The notes beneath the pieces are model-generated. The model saw only the letters and a program-made list of their open reading frames with translations. It ran no database searches and had not been told where the DNA came from. 64,000 nt of DNA from Eledone cirrhosa (taxonomy: Eukaryota), in assembly GCA_964016885.1 (NCBI GenBank), contig OZ024743.1:46128001-46192000 (forward strand), in the 5' to 3' direction. A program made the position numbers and the translations under genes. Below, in pieces: positions 1 to 12,940 of this stretch (the stretch's first letter is position 1; each line of letters starts with the position of its first letter).

Positions 1-52
1 TTCAGAGACCAACCAGATGTGAGAAAAACCACAGACCCTCCATCTCAACTCA

Positions 53-90
53 CCTTTTGAAAAGCAGAAGAACTGCGAAACCGGTAAAGG
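53..90 (+). ncRNA. Minimal type-I hammerhead ribozyme motif, U3-A8 core variant (probable PLE terminal-repeat remnant running to the (TA)n at 229)
   Basis: Stem I CCTT(53-56)/AAGG(87-90); core TTGAAAA(57-63); stem II GCAG/CTGC; GAA then palindromic ACCGGT stem III; cleavage triplet GUA. Confidence 0.7.
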
Positions 91-227
91 AACCAAATAA
101 ATATATATATTTTTTTTTAAAATAAGACTTCAGTTGCATTTTCGATTTCATCTCTTTTTCTTTATACTTTCACTCGTGTAGGACACCTCGGTTATTTTTC
201 ATTTTGTAAAAAAAACCTCACTTTCTA

Positions 228-228
<1 letters not shown>

Positions 229-321
<93 letters not shown>

Positions 322-322
322 T
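229..322. repeat. (TA)n(TG)n compound microsatellite
   Basis: Direct reading. Confidence 0.98.
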
Positions 323-369
323 ATGTCAGGTCACCAGCTGGTGATACGGTTAACATGTATCCAAGTACA

Positions 370-600
370 ACCTGTCTCATGGTCGGGTCGTTGGCGACTA
401 AACTGGCAACCCCACCAAGGTTTCTTGGTGAGGAGGGTGACTTTGGACATCCTGCAAGACTAAAAACGAAACCTGTCAAAGAGCAAAGGAGCTCTTAAGA
501 GTCAATGGCCATCCAAAATCACCGGGAGAGATGACCCCTTAGCCTTTGTCAAGGCAGAATTCTAGGAGAAGGAAAACTCTGATATAACACCTGCAACACT
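370..600 (+). mobile_element. Probable RTE-clade LINE 5' UTR fragment
   Basis: Colinear with the reverse complement of 4320-4545; has CTAGGAGAAGGAAAACTCTGA, a motif I associate with RTE 5' UTRs. Confidence 0.45.
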
Positions 601-906
601 GATGGTATCCAATGATGTTGACATGTTCTTCTTTTTGGTAAATATCATCTTGGTTAAGAGAGTGGGACTGGCTTTGTGCAGTGCCTTTGCTCACTATAAA
701 AGCTTGACGGCACAGGCATTGCTTTATATCTGGAGATCTCTCTGCACTTGTCGTCACATGGTACCATGGGCCCAGCACTATGTGTCAATAATTGTCACAA
801 GTGTAGTGTTTGACTAAAAAGTCACACTCGTTCAGCGCATCGGTAGGGGTTCTCCTACATGGATATAAAGTAGTGGCCGTACTCGAAAACGAGTTGGCAG
901 ACACTA

Positions 907-970
907 TGTATGTATGTATGTATGTATGTATGTATGTATGTATGTATGTATGTATGTATGTATGTATGTG
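907..970. repeat. (TATG)n microsatellite
   Basis: Direct reading. Confidence 0.97.
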
Positions 971-1586
971 TGTGTATGGATGTTTTTACTTATATTCTCA
1001 AACATAATGTTATTTTTTGGTGTTAACTATAACGACTCTATTCAAAACTGGAGAAGGATTAACACAGCCAGGTTTTAAATGGCCAAGTCACACCGTATGT
1101 TATGATGGTGCCCCTACGGCACCATCAAGAGTTAAGGCCCTAACATCAGAGAATTTGTTTATGAATCAGATAAACGTGCCATCGCCATAGTATTGAAAAT
1201 ACAGTGTATCATTGAACTTTAAATTAAAAACTGACAAATAACTTCATTATTAAAACGATATCTTCCTTTTCTTTCTTCATGCCAAACTATTTTTATAGTT
1301 TAATAATTTTAAATATTTTAATACATTAGACTTTGCAATCTCGTATTTCCAGAAAAAAGTCTAAAATGTCAACTTACCAGGCATTGGTTCGTCTATTTCG
1401 GTTATTAAATATGGTTAATTTTAATTTACCCAAGGCAAGACTCCTACTTTTGTTTTAACATCATTATTATCACCATTAAACTTATTATCAGGACTCAGAA
1501 GACTTTTAAGGAATAATCAACATCATCATCATCATCCCTATGTGCGTAATCGTACATTGGTAAAATATTTTTGGTATATTATACAT

Positions 1587-2004
<418 letters not shown>

Positions 2005-3399
2005 ATGATAGTTTTTATTTTTAATCTTTCCGAACAGCAACAAATCAACAAAAGATTTTATTTCATTTTTATTATTTTCCACACGAAAATTTCGATATGT
2101 TTCGGGTTTTTTCTTTATTTAATTTTCTTATTCTGTATTATATATTTATTTATTTTTATGAATTATTTCTTTTTTACCTTTTATCTCGGAACGTTTTTAC
2201 CAAAGGGGAGATATTTTATCAAAAATATTACCTAAAATTTATTAAGAGAAACTATTTTTGTTTATCGACACAGAACTATTTTCTTTTCTTTCTTTAGAAA
2301 TTATTACAAACTTTTCTAAAGCAACAATTACCAATAACTTCAGGAGAAAATAATATTTTGTTTCATTTTCATATTTTAAAAATATTTAAAATTTGAAAAA
2401 TGTTGTCACTCCCTCTACTGTAGTCTTCTTAATAGTGTTATTGATATAACCTTGCTAATAGCAACACCAACACAAACCCCTCTCCTATTCTCTCCCTTGA
2501 CGAACGACACTACCTACGTATTAATAGATTCTTCCTGAAATGAATCCACGATACGCTTTCTAATCTTACTTGCAAAAATTCTATGTATGCATATATGTGT
2601 GTATATGTGAGACAGAGGATGTGTGTGTATATGTGTGTAAGTAATTATTTGTATATGTGTGTATGTGTGTAAGTAAGTATTTGTATATGTGGGTATGTGT
2701 GTGTTTAACTAACACCGTCAGTTGCCATAACTTGATCGTAAACAAATCTACATCAATCCTATGATACCCACTAACTCAAGCAAACGCAAACCATAAACTT
2801 ATATTTAACCCCACTCACCGTACCTATACCAGACAAGACAAAATAAAAATTAAAAGACATCCTTCAAAACGATACTCCAACCCTCCCGGCAAAACAACAA
2901 CCATCTTGTACCAATTAGAGGTATAGGAGTTACGGACGTCATCAGACAGCAGCCGTCGTATTATGCAGTTTCTATATGACCCTGCAACAACTATTGCCTC
3001 ATTGTGTAATTGGCATTGCAACCAAACATAACCTCCAGCAATTCTCCAACAATACACTCCCAACGTACCTAATATATAAACACCTACCGAAATAAACCAA
3101 AAGCTCAAAATCCTGGATCTAAAACGGACCAAACCGAAATCGTGTAATCACCAAAACACCTTATCCATCTTAACGAACTGATTAGCCTCAACTAAAGAAT
3201 AAAATGCAGATAAAAAGTCGGCAATTGAATAACTAATGAAAATTGAATAAAAACCGATGCTAAGCAATACGACACCACCTACCACCCCGACATGTCATAA
3301 ACAAGGACTACATGTTAACTACGAACAGGATTTCAAAACAAACAGTCGATCGATAAAATTCCAGACCTCACTCGCTTAACGAGTGGGGTGAAGCTTGTC

Positions 3400-3598
3400 A
3401 GATCGGACCGAGGAAACAATGTTTCCATTGGTCTTTCCAATTGCTAGTACTATCTGCCGGTCGCAAATCCAGGCAGAAGGACCAACGGGAAATAAAATGT
3501 CTTGCTCAAAGACATAACGCATCGCCTGCTCCGAGAATCGAACTCACAACCTCACGATTGTGAATCCAATTACCTAACAACTCCGCCAAGCGCCTTCA
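3400..3598 (-). mobile_element. tRNA-derived SINE, family 1
   Basis: Reverse complement TGAAGGCGCTTGGCGGAGTTGTTAG...GAGTTCGATTCTC (A/B-box-like)...TTGAGCAAGACA; homologous to 17045-17200. Confidence 0.75.
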
Positions 3599-3802
3599 AA
3601 ACAAAACACAAGATTAAAACAAATCCAAACAATAATTATTAAGCAAAAAACAAATCAGAAACTTATTGCAATCCAACCAGCACAAAACAATGAAAAAATT
3701 AACTGTTAAATATTATAATATATAACAAAACATTAAATAGATTGAATAAAAGTTATTGGAATATCCCCTCACCAGAACTACCGTAATATCCGTCATTGTA
3801 TG

Positions 3803-3879
<77 letters not shown>
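3803..3879. repeat. (TA)n(TG)n microsatellite
   Basis: Direct reading. Confidence 0.97.
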
Positions 3880-3883
<4 letters not shown>

Positions 3884-4011
3884 GTTCTTGTCTGAGCAAA
3901 ACCTTCAATCACAAATGGCAATATGTTGTTCGTGAAGATCTAGGGTAAACTTTTATATGAGAGGCATAAAAAAATCCAAATTGAGATGGAAATTTTAGCG
4001 GGAAAATTTAG

Positions 4012-4113
4012 GAGATCGTCTTTTACATGAGATCGTCTTTTACATGAGAACGTCTTTTACATGAGAACGTCTTTTACATGAGATCGTCTTTTACATAAGA
4101 ACGTCTTTTACGT
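4012..4113. repeat. 17-bp minisatellite, 6 copies (GAGAWCGTCTTTTACAT)
   Basis: Head-to-tail units with no spacers. Confidence 0.95.
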
Positions 4114-4319
4114 GAGTGGTCTGATATATTCCAATCCTCGTTGTTGGTGATCAAGAATCATGGACAATTGCATTAATGCTCATCTATATGATACTGTATG
4201 TCTATAATTCTCATCGTGAAGAAATGACGTCGGTGGGTCCCAAATCTTCGGCCGGCCACTACACGGAAGCTAGCTACCGAGCCACAGCTCATCCACCTTC
4301 ATAAGGAGTGACATCTACT

Positions 4320-4545
4320 CCGGTTTTGAAATAAGAGTGATCCTTCTCCTAGAAAGACTGCCAACCACATCAAATGAGCTTTATCTGCCGGTTTTTTACA
4401 CAATATTTGATGGCCGTTGACGGTACTGAGTTTCTCTGTCCTTTGACGGCTTTTGTTTTTCATTCCACGGGGCGTCCAAAACTTCCTCTCCCCATCAAGA
4501 AAATTTGCCGGTTTAATCCCCGACGACCCAGCCATGTTGAACTGC
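4320..4545 (-). mobile_element. Probable RTE-clade LINE 5' UTR fragment (diverged relative of 370-600)
   Basis: Reverse complement CATGGCTGGGTCGTCGGGGATTAAACCGGCAA...TTTGGAC...AAAAAC...GTCAAAG...GTCAACGGCCATC...CTAGGAGAAGGA. Confidence 0.45.
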
Positions 4546-5199
4546 GTTATATTTTGTCGTCAGTAGGCTCGTATATTGTTTCTTTTTCTAATCGTAGTTT
4601 CAAGTCAGATAACTGAAATATATTTAATTATTTCAAATCTAAAATCTAAAGAGTTCCTTGTATGTTAAGAAAAAGGTTTGTCTGGATTTTTTTCTTCGCC
4701 ATACATTTTGTTAAGTTGGGATAGTTATAAGTTATATGTTTGTTAAATGCAGTTTGATAACTTTTATATTGCCAACAGAGTTAAGAAACAGTAAGGCGTT
4801 GACATTGCTTGACATATCATATTTCTACAGCTCAGTTCATCTATATCTCGTAACGTGTATTTAACCCGTTGATCACTTTAGGAAGATCACTGCTGCAACA
4901 ACCAAACAATTTCTGAAAATGACAATTGCAGATGTAGCCTATTGTATATAGAATTCATAAGAAAGAGAAATACTACAGGATGGAGGAGGGGAAAGGGATG
5001 AGGGGAGATATAGGCTAAACGTCAAATTGCATATTAAACAAAGATCAATTTATTTCAAACTATATTCGAAACACTATTTAAATCATTCTTCACACAGCAG
5101 CTATGAAATAATACTTAAACACGCAGAAACATTAAAACCTATTGATATTCCAATGCATTACTGAAATCAAGTATCAATATACTTTAAATAATGTAGAGT

Positions 5200-5635
5200 C
5201 TGGAAACAAATAGCTCAAAAAGAAGCCTGTGTAGTGCATTCTACATGTGAATGAAGTTCCACTGAAGCAAGTGGAGAAGTTGAGTATCTTGGAGCCGAGT
5301 TCACGAATGATGGAAAGCAGGAGGCTAACTTAAGGGCAAGAATTGCAGGAACTGGTGCGGTAATGCACTAGCTTCATTATTCGGTCATCAGAAGAAAGGA
5401 GGTAGGTGAAAAAGCCAGGCTCGCTATCTTCAATTCGGTATTCATGCAAACTTTTACTTATGGTCATGAATTTTGAGTAATGACTAAAATAATACGATCG
5501 CGAATACAAACGGCCGAAATGGGGTTCACCGAAGGGTTTTGGGAATAAGGTTACACAACAGATTACGTAGCTGGAAGATCAAAGGGTTGTTCAAGGTCGA
5601 ACTACTACTTCTCCAAATTGAAAGATCACAGCTCT
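5200..5635 (+). pseudogene. RTE-clade (Rex3/Expander-like) LINE, fragment downstream of the RT core, disrupted
   Basis: Frameshifted translation LKQVEK..YLG.EFTNDG...RI...KARLAIFNSVFMQTFTYGHEF*VMTKIIRSRIQTAEM...[13 protein letters not shown]. Confidence 0.8.
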
Positions 5636-5714
5636 CTTCCTCCTCTTCCCATATATCACACCACCTCCCTTCCGTCTCCCAAGCCCCTCCTTTCATTTCC
5701 CTTAAATTAGAGAA

Positions 5715-5765
5715 ATTTTTCTGATGAAGGCTAGAAGAGGTAACTAGCCGAGTTCGCGGTAGATC
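5715..5765 (+). ncRNA. Degenerate hammerhead motif upstream of (TA)n
   Basis: CTGATGA(5721-5727), 6-bp stem II GGCTAG/CTAGCC, then GAGTTCGCGGTA where GAAA plus a palindrome is expected. Confidence 0.5.
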
Positions 5766-5776
5766 CTCTACTTTCA

Positions 5777-5973
<197 letters not shown>

Positions 5974-6115
5974 AATGAGTTATATGGTTTGTTGATTATT
6001 ATTCAACAGAGTTATGTTCATAACAGATATGAAGCACTTTACAGAGGAATTTTATCTGGAGTATTATAATATTATTATTAGTAATAAATGGAAAATATCA
6101 CTATAGCATCATATT

Positions 6116-6175
6116 TATTTTATTATACGTATTTCAAGAATACTAAATTATGGTATGCCTTCATCAGATAAAATA
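6116..6175 (-). ncRNA. Minimal type-I hammerhead ribozyme (left-arm copy)
   Basis: Reverse complement of 6288-6347. Confidence 0.8.
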
Positions 6176-6287
6176 CAATATTCGATGTGTAAGATAGTGA
6201 CATACCCGTAATATAAACTTTCATCTTCAAAGCTAAAGATGAAAGTTTATATTTTGAGTATGTCACTATCTTATACATCAAATATTG

Positions 6288-6347
6288 TATTTTATCTGAT
6301 GAAGGCATACCATAATTTAGTATTCTTGAAATACGTATAATAAAATA
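6288..6347 (+). ncRNA. Minimal type-I hammerhead ribozyme, canonical core
   Basis: Stem I TATTTTAT/ATAAAATA; CTGATGA; stem II AGGCATAC/GTATTCTT; GAA then palindromic ATACGTAT; cleavage triplet AUA. Confidence 0.8.
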
Positions 6348-6736
6348 AATATGATGCTATAGTGATATTTTCCATTTATTACTAATAATAATATCATATA
6401 CATATATATAGAGAGAGAGAAATATTAAAACAATGAAATTAAACACAAAACTGTTAATTCCTAGTAAAACACATTATTTTACGATCGTTTCTGGGGGGTA
6501 GTTCCCTGTATGTTCATTCAATTATTGATCTATGTAAAACATATTACAAAATATCATAGTAAGAAAAAGATACATACGTCTTCATTGTTTTAATATTTCT
6601 ATTTTGACTCTGTATCCAATTGAATTATATCGTTGATAAAATGTTTTGTATTTTAAACTGTGCTTCACATCTTCTACATACGGATTACATTGAGTTCTTT
6701 ATATGGTTTAGACCCTACCATTGAGTGGTAGATTTA

Positions 6737-6772
<36 letters not shown>

Positions 6773-7721
6773 TATTGAAGTTTGCTTCAAGCATTGTGGA
6801 ATAATAAGGTAAATTTCTTTAAGTCGTTTGGAAGCCTCGACAATGCAGATGGGTAAATCTCCGGATAACAAGATCCGGTGGTGGAGAGAGAGATATAAGT
6901 GGGTGTACGTTGAGATGCGTGGCGTGTATAAGACTGTAACGTGTAGAGGAATGAAGCAAAGAGCGTAAAGGATAAAAATAAAAATAACAACACGAGAAAG
7001 AGTTACCTTGGGAGAGATTTAATTGTCCCTATATATTTCGGATTCACATCCATCAACTGGGGTTTTTTTCCGGGGGCGGGGGGGGGTTGTCTGTCGGAAA
7101 GGTGCGAAACGCGTCCTCCGCTGTTCGTTGTTTTGAATATCTGAGGTATTCAGCAGAGCGCGCGTGCGCGTGAAATGGGGTCGGTCAGGCAGAGGTCAGC
7201 GGCCGAAGTAGTTCTTTCAATTGTGGGAGTGAGGTGGCGCTAGCTGTCAGTCCATTCTCTGCCTGTTTGGTGAATGTTACTGTGTGTCCGTATAGCTTTG
7301 CGGATAGCGTTGGTGGTATTCTCACCCAGGTGTGGCATTTTAAGGAAGCACTTGCCTTGGGTACCTCTCTGTCTCTTGTGTCTGGTGTCTTCTACTCTGT
7401 CTGTGAGCGAGGTAGGGTACTCGTTCGTCTCCACCACCTCGAGGAATCGCTTGGTATGAGTGAAACCACTCGCGGGATCGCTGCATCTGTTTTTGATTCG
7501 CGCGATCTCGTTCGTGATGTATCCTCTTTTGGCACTGTTAGGGAGGGCGGACTTGTAGTGGACGAACAGGTCCCTGCAGGCTGCCTTTCGGTAGAAATTG
7601 CAGTGGATCCCTCCCTGTTCCGTGATGTTGATTCGGAAGTCGAGGAGGGCAAGTGACCCGTCTGCGTTTGGGTGTTCAACACTGAAGCCAATGTTCCCAT
7701 CCGTGTTGTTGAACGTCTCAA

Positions 7722-9773
7722 AGACCTAACCGGCACTCTCACGAGCGACTAGCTGAAACTCCTACACCTCGGACCCAAGTTCATCATCTCACAACGACTC
7801 GACGACAGACTCAAACTCAACATCGAGGCCAACTTTTGTCGAGCCGCTTACCAACTTAAATGGGTGACCGCCATCAACAGCGCCACAGAAAATAACAGCG
7901 CTCATGCAACCCAAGTTCCCCACTTACCACCCGACAACCCACTCCCCCCCCCCCCACCCACCAACCACGAACTCGACACTAAACTCATCAGGCTAAAACA
8001 CCTCATCTCGGATATACTTCACAAACACACACACACACGCACAACACACAACCTCACCAAATCTCAACTCACCACTCTCTCCAACCTAAAATCGAAGAAC
8101 CTCATCTACCTCCCCTCCGACAAGGGAAAAGAATTCTGCGTCATCAACAGAGAGGCCTACAACACCCTGGCCCTCCAACACCTTGACGATGACAACCTCT
8201 ACTCCAAGGTCACGGGAATCACTCCCGCGCAGATAGAAGAGCACATCAACGCCGCCTGGACCAACATCTGCGACCGACGGAAGCTCCCGAAGAAGCTGAG
8301 ATACAACCTCCTCACGAGGAACAGCAGACTACCCGCCTTCTACCACCTCGTGAAAACACACAAACAGGGACCCGACCTGAAGATCAGGCCCATTGTATCG
8401 AGCGTGGAAGGACCACTCTACAAAATTTCATGGCTCCTAGCCAGAATACTCAAACCCATCTTAGACACCTTGCCGGGACACGTTAACAGCTCCGAGGAGG
8501 TGTTGAAGTGCCTGCATCAAATGGATCCCGACACCAGAAAGAATAACAGATATGCCTTCAGCCTTGATGTAGTCGCTCTCTACACCTCGATCCCGGCACT
8601 CCTGGCCGTCAATATACTAATGGAACGCGTCCAATCCACCGACCTACACTGCTTCGGGCTCACCACCACTGATATCCACCAACTCCTATCCATCGTCGTC
8701 GACAACACCTACTTCGGATTCCTTGACCAAACATACCAACAAACCTCGGGACTGCCCATGGGATCAAGCCTGTCGGGTGTGTTAGCGATCTCTTACATGG
8801 ACAGCCTCGAGCGCAAGGCACTCAACGCCTGCCACCCCAACGCCGTCGCTTTTTTCTCAAGGTACGTGGACGATATCCTCATCCTCACATCTTCCCAAGA
8901 CATGGCGAACAGAATCTTTGAGACGTTCAACAACACGGACGAGAACATTGACTTCAGTGTTGAACACCCCAACGACGACGGGTCACTTGCCCTCCTCGAC
9001 TTCCGAATCAACATCACGGAACAGGGAGGGATCCACTGCAACTTCTACCGAAGGGCAGCCTGCAGGGACCTGTTCGTCCACTACAAGTCCGCCCTCCCTA
9101 ACAGTGCCAAAAGAGGATACATCACGAACGAGATCGCGCGAATCAAAAACAGATGCAACGATCCCGCGAGTGGTTTCACTCATACCAAGCGATTCCTCGA
9201 GGTGCTGGAGACGAACGGGTACCCTACCTCGCTCACAGACAGAGTAGAAGACACCAGACACAAGAGACAGAGAGGCACCCAAGGCAAGTGCTTCCTTAAA
9301 ATGCCACACCTGGGTGAGAATACCATCAACGTTATCCGCAAAGCTATACGGAGGGAGGGCCTCGACATCCACCTGGTCCACTCGGGCCCCTCACTGCGAA
9401 GATGCCTCTCCAGGAAACCCGGGAAATCAACAGACGCAGCTCCCTCAGAGACTGCCCGATGCGCCATGCGAACTGTTGCCTACGCACATATGTCGTGTAA
9501 AAGATAGAATGTAACAAGTGCAACCAATACTATATAGGTAGCACAATCCGGCCGTTGCACATCCGGATCAATGAACACACTAAAACCAGGGCCTCGTCTT
9601 TCCGGAAACACATAGCCAAATGCGAAAACAAAGACGGAAGGCCCATTGTCACAATTCTAGCGACAGAAAGAAACGTCGGCACGTTACGTATCAAGGAAGC
9701 ACTTTGGATCAAACGCCTAGGGCCACAATTAAACAACCGATCCGAGAGAAGCGAAATGAGGTGGTTGGTTTAA
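7722..9773 (+). pseudogene. PLE reverse transcriptase + GIY-YIG endonuclease, 5'-truncated, frameshift near 9430 and a stop in the first GIY-YIG motif
   Basis: LGPKF, PSDKG, YHLVKTHK, RPIVS, SLDVVALYT, GLPMGSSLS, RYVDD; shifted frame VV*KIECNKCNQYYIGSTIRPLHIRINEH...KEALWIKRLGPQLN. Confidence 0.92.
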
Positions 9774-10082
9774 GTTAACAAACGATACAACAACACACGC
9801 ACACACACACAAGCGAGACAGCAACACACGCACACACACACACACACAGTAACATTCACCAAACAGGCAGAGAATAGACTGACAGCTAGCGCCACCCCAC
9901 TCCCACAATTGAAAGAACTACTTCGGCCGCTGACCTCTGCCTGATCGACCCCATTTCACGCGCACGCGGGCTCTGCTGAATACCTCAGATATTCAAAACA
10001 ACGAACAGCGGAGGACGCGTTTCGCACCTTTCCGACAGACAACCTTTCCACCACCACCACCACCCCCTCCCCCGGAAAAAAC

Positions 10083-10120
10083 ACCCAGTTGATGGATGTG
10101 AATCCGAAATATATAGGGAC
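10083..10120 (+). ncRNA. Variant/degenerate hammerhead in the PLE terminal repeat (mirror copy at 7027-7062, minus)
   Basis: CC-CAGTTGA-T-GGAT gtga ATCC-GAA-ATATAT-A-GG; core differs from CUGANGA at two positions. Confidence 0.5.
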
Positions 10121-10328
10121 AATTAAATCTCTCCCAAGGTAACTCTTTCACGTGTTGTTATTTTTATTTTTATCCTTTACGCTCTTTGCTTCATTCCTCT
10201 ACACGTTACAGTCTTATACACGCCACGCATCTCAACGTACACCCACTTATATATCTCTCTCTCCACCACCGGATCTTGTTACCCGGAGATTTACCCATCT
10301 GCATTGTCGAGGCTTCCAAATGACTTAA

Positions 10329-10330
<2 letters not shown>

Positions 10331-10418
<88 letters not shown>
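10331..10418. repeat. (TA)n microsatellite
   Basis: Direct reading. Confidence 0.98.
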
Positions 10419-10421
<3 letters not shown>

Positions 10422-10649
10422 AACGAGTAGGACCCCGACGGCTGAGCTCAAGCCGTTTCGACGGCTAATTCTGGACTAAAAAATAAAAATAAAAATAAAT
10501 TTTTGTTTTTTTTTTTAGTCCAGAATTAGCTGTCGAAACGGCTTGAGCTCAGCCGTCGAGGTCCTACTCGTTCCTATTACCCACTCTACTACCCTAAGTA
10601 TTGAGTATTTTGGTGCGTTATGGTCAATCTGGTTCCTTACCACATTTCC

Positions 10650-10652
<3 letters not shown>
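10419..10652 (+). mobile_element. Fold-back mini-element family H, copy 1 (arms ~10419-10490 and 10510-10576, 75-bp tail)
   Basis: Inverted arms; right arm has GAAACGGCT-TGAGCTC-AGCCGTC (HHR 3' half with GUC); same tail in the copies at 49810, 50203, 61789. Confidence 0.8.
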
Positions 10653-10726
<74 letters not shown>

Positions 10727-11682
10727 AGAGCGAGAGGGGTTATATAAGGGTGAGTATAGGTACACAGACAAAAACGCTCAAACACAGGAGACAAAATTTC
10801 ATTGCATTTCCTCAAAATTACCAAAGGCTACAATATAAGGTTTTATTGTTTAAGTGAACATTCGAATACGAATAATGTCGGGATTTCCTAAATTCTATTT
10901 TAAACAAGGATTTCTCATATATCATTGATGTGGTAAAATCGTCAGTAAAAATAATGTTAAGATGATCTTAAGTTGCTCAAAAAATTCCGTTACTTGAATA
11001 ATCACTACAAACAGAAGACCCTTTTCCATTACGAACACGCAAAACTCTTTACCAGTATGAAATTGTAACAGTCCTATTATCTGCCCTCTAAAAAGTGTGT
11101 ATCTCTCTGGAATTTTCATTATTCAACTACAGTTTATCAACTTCAGTTTATCGTGCAGATGACAGAAAACAAAAGATTTTATAAACCTCTTTTCACTTTC
11201 TTTAAAACAAACATTTACAACATATATTTAGACGTTCCGAGAGACGTCATAATACTATTTCACTCTCAAAATATATCTGTTTACATTCACAATTATAAGA
11301 TTGATTGAGCCTCTGTTGAACATGTGTCTCCGTAAATTAATGTCTCTGTAGAACTAAAGTGGGGAATTCTTGCAGACATTTACATTGTTTTGTGGGGTTT
11401 TTTATCTGCCTAGTGGTTAACAAATTTTATTTATTACATAACGGATTAGTCATACCTTAAAAACATCCATTTATTTATCAACGGTAAGATTTTAACAGCA
11501 ACAGCCGCTTTTTTTACTCCAGAGTTTGTTTGTTTGATTGTTTTGTTATGTAGGCTTTACGGAAGAGATAAACATATGAAGAGTTTCCGGACATGGTAAT
11601 ATAAAGATGCAAAGAAGCCATTTTCTAAAGGATACTCCAGTAACTATTCAAATCTCGACGTCGTTTACGAATATGAATGTTT

Positions 11683-11874
<192 letters not shown>

Positions 11875-11879
<5 letters not shown>

Positions 11880-12409
11880 AAGGTTTAGCAAATAATGAAA
11901 AAGTTTCAAAATAAATTTTAAAAAATTGTCTTTACCTACTATAGTTACCTTTACCGATCGGTTTCGAATCCCAAAAATAAAACGGAGACCATACGGCCTT
12001 CGTTGCAAAGAAAGATTCTCGTCAGAAGGTTCTTTTCATTCAAAGAATATAAAATTCCTGAATTTAAATTACAGACTAGCGCTATCAAAACTGTTCCCGG
12101 GATGAGAGTGGATGATGTAGAAACAGGTTTATCAAGGGCCGTAGCAAAGATAGAGGCAGAAGGAGGTAGGTCAAACCAGCCACAGCTATCGCTAGCAGCA
12201 GTTTTTGGGATTCGAAACCGATCGGTAAAGGTAACTATAGTAGGTAAAGTCAATTTTTTTTAATTTATTTTGAAACTTTTTCATTATTTGCTAAACCTTG
12301 TTTATATTTGTTCTGGCTCGTTAATTTATTAACCCGCCATTGAACCACACTGGCATTTGGTTGGACAATACATGCGTACCTAGCGCCTTGTGCGTGAAGG
12401 AACACATAT

Positions 12410-12411
<2 letters not shown>
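11875..12411. mobile_element. Fold-back mini-element (arms ~11875-11977 and 12202-12304, 224-bp spacer, ~107-bp tail on the right) in (TA)n
   Basis: Near-perfect inverted arms; full HHR on the minus strand, HHR 3' half in the right arm. Confidence 0.8.
11947..12030 (-). ncRNA. Type-I hammerhead ribozyme, canonical core
   Basis: Minus strand ACCTT-CTGACGA-GAATCTT...GGGATTC-GAA-ACCGATCGGT-A-AAGGT; stem I 5 bp, stem II 7 bp with GU pairs, palindromic stem III, GUA site. Confidence 0.85.

Positions 12412-12940
<529 letters not shown>

Larger units (their letters stand above)
5972..6394. mobile_element. Fold-back mini-element (~160-bp arms, 6069-6227 and 6236-6394, ~100-bp tail on the left); probable PLE terminal-repeat insertion
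   Basis: Arms reverse-complementary with ~5 mismatches near the loop; each arm contains a full HHR; TA-flanked. Confidence 0.8.
6767..10331. mobile_element. Penelope-like element with head-to-head inverted partial copy (minus arm 6767-7725, plus arm 7722-10331), flanked by (TA)n
   Basis: 6815-7290 mirrors 9843-10331; 7290-7725 mirrors ~8915-9352; (TA)n on both sides. Confidence 0.9.

Noticed and set aside
2700-3380. A/C-rich stretch that might be a decayed retroelement ORF
   Set aside because: No recognisable motif in any frame
4012-4113. CRISPR-like appearance of the 17-bp repeat (also 61490-61640)
   Set aside because: No unique spacers, no cas genes, eukaryotic context
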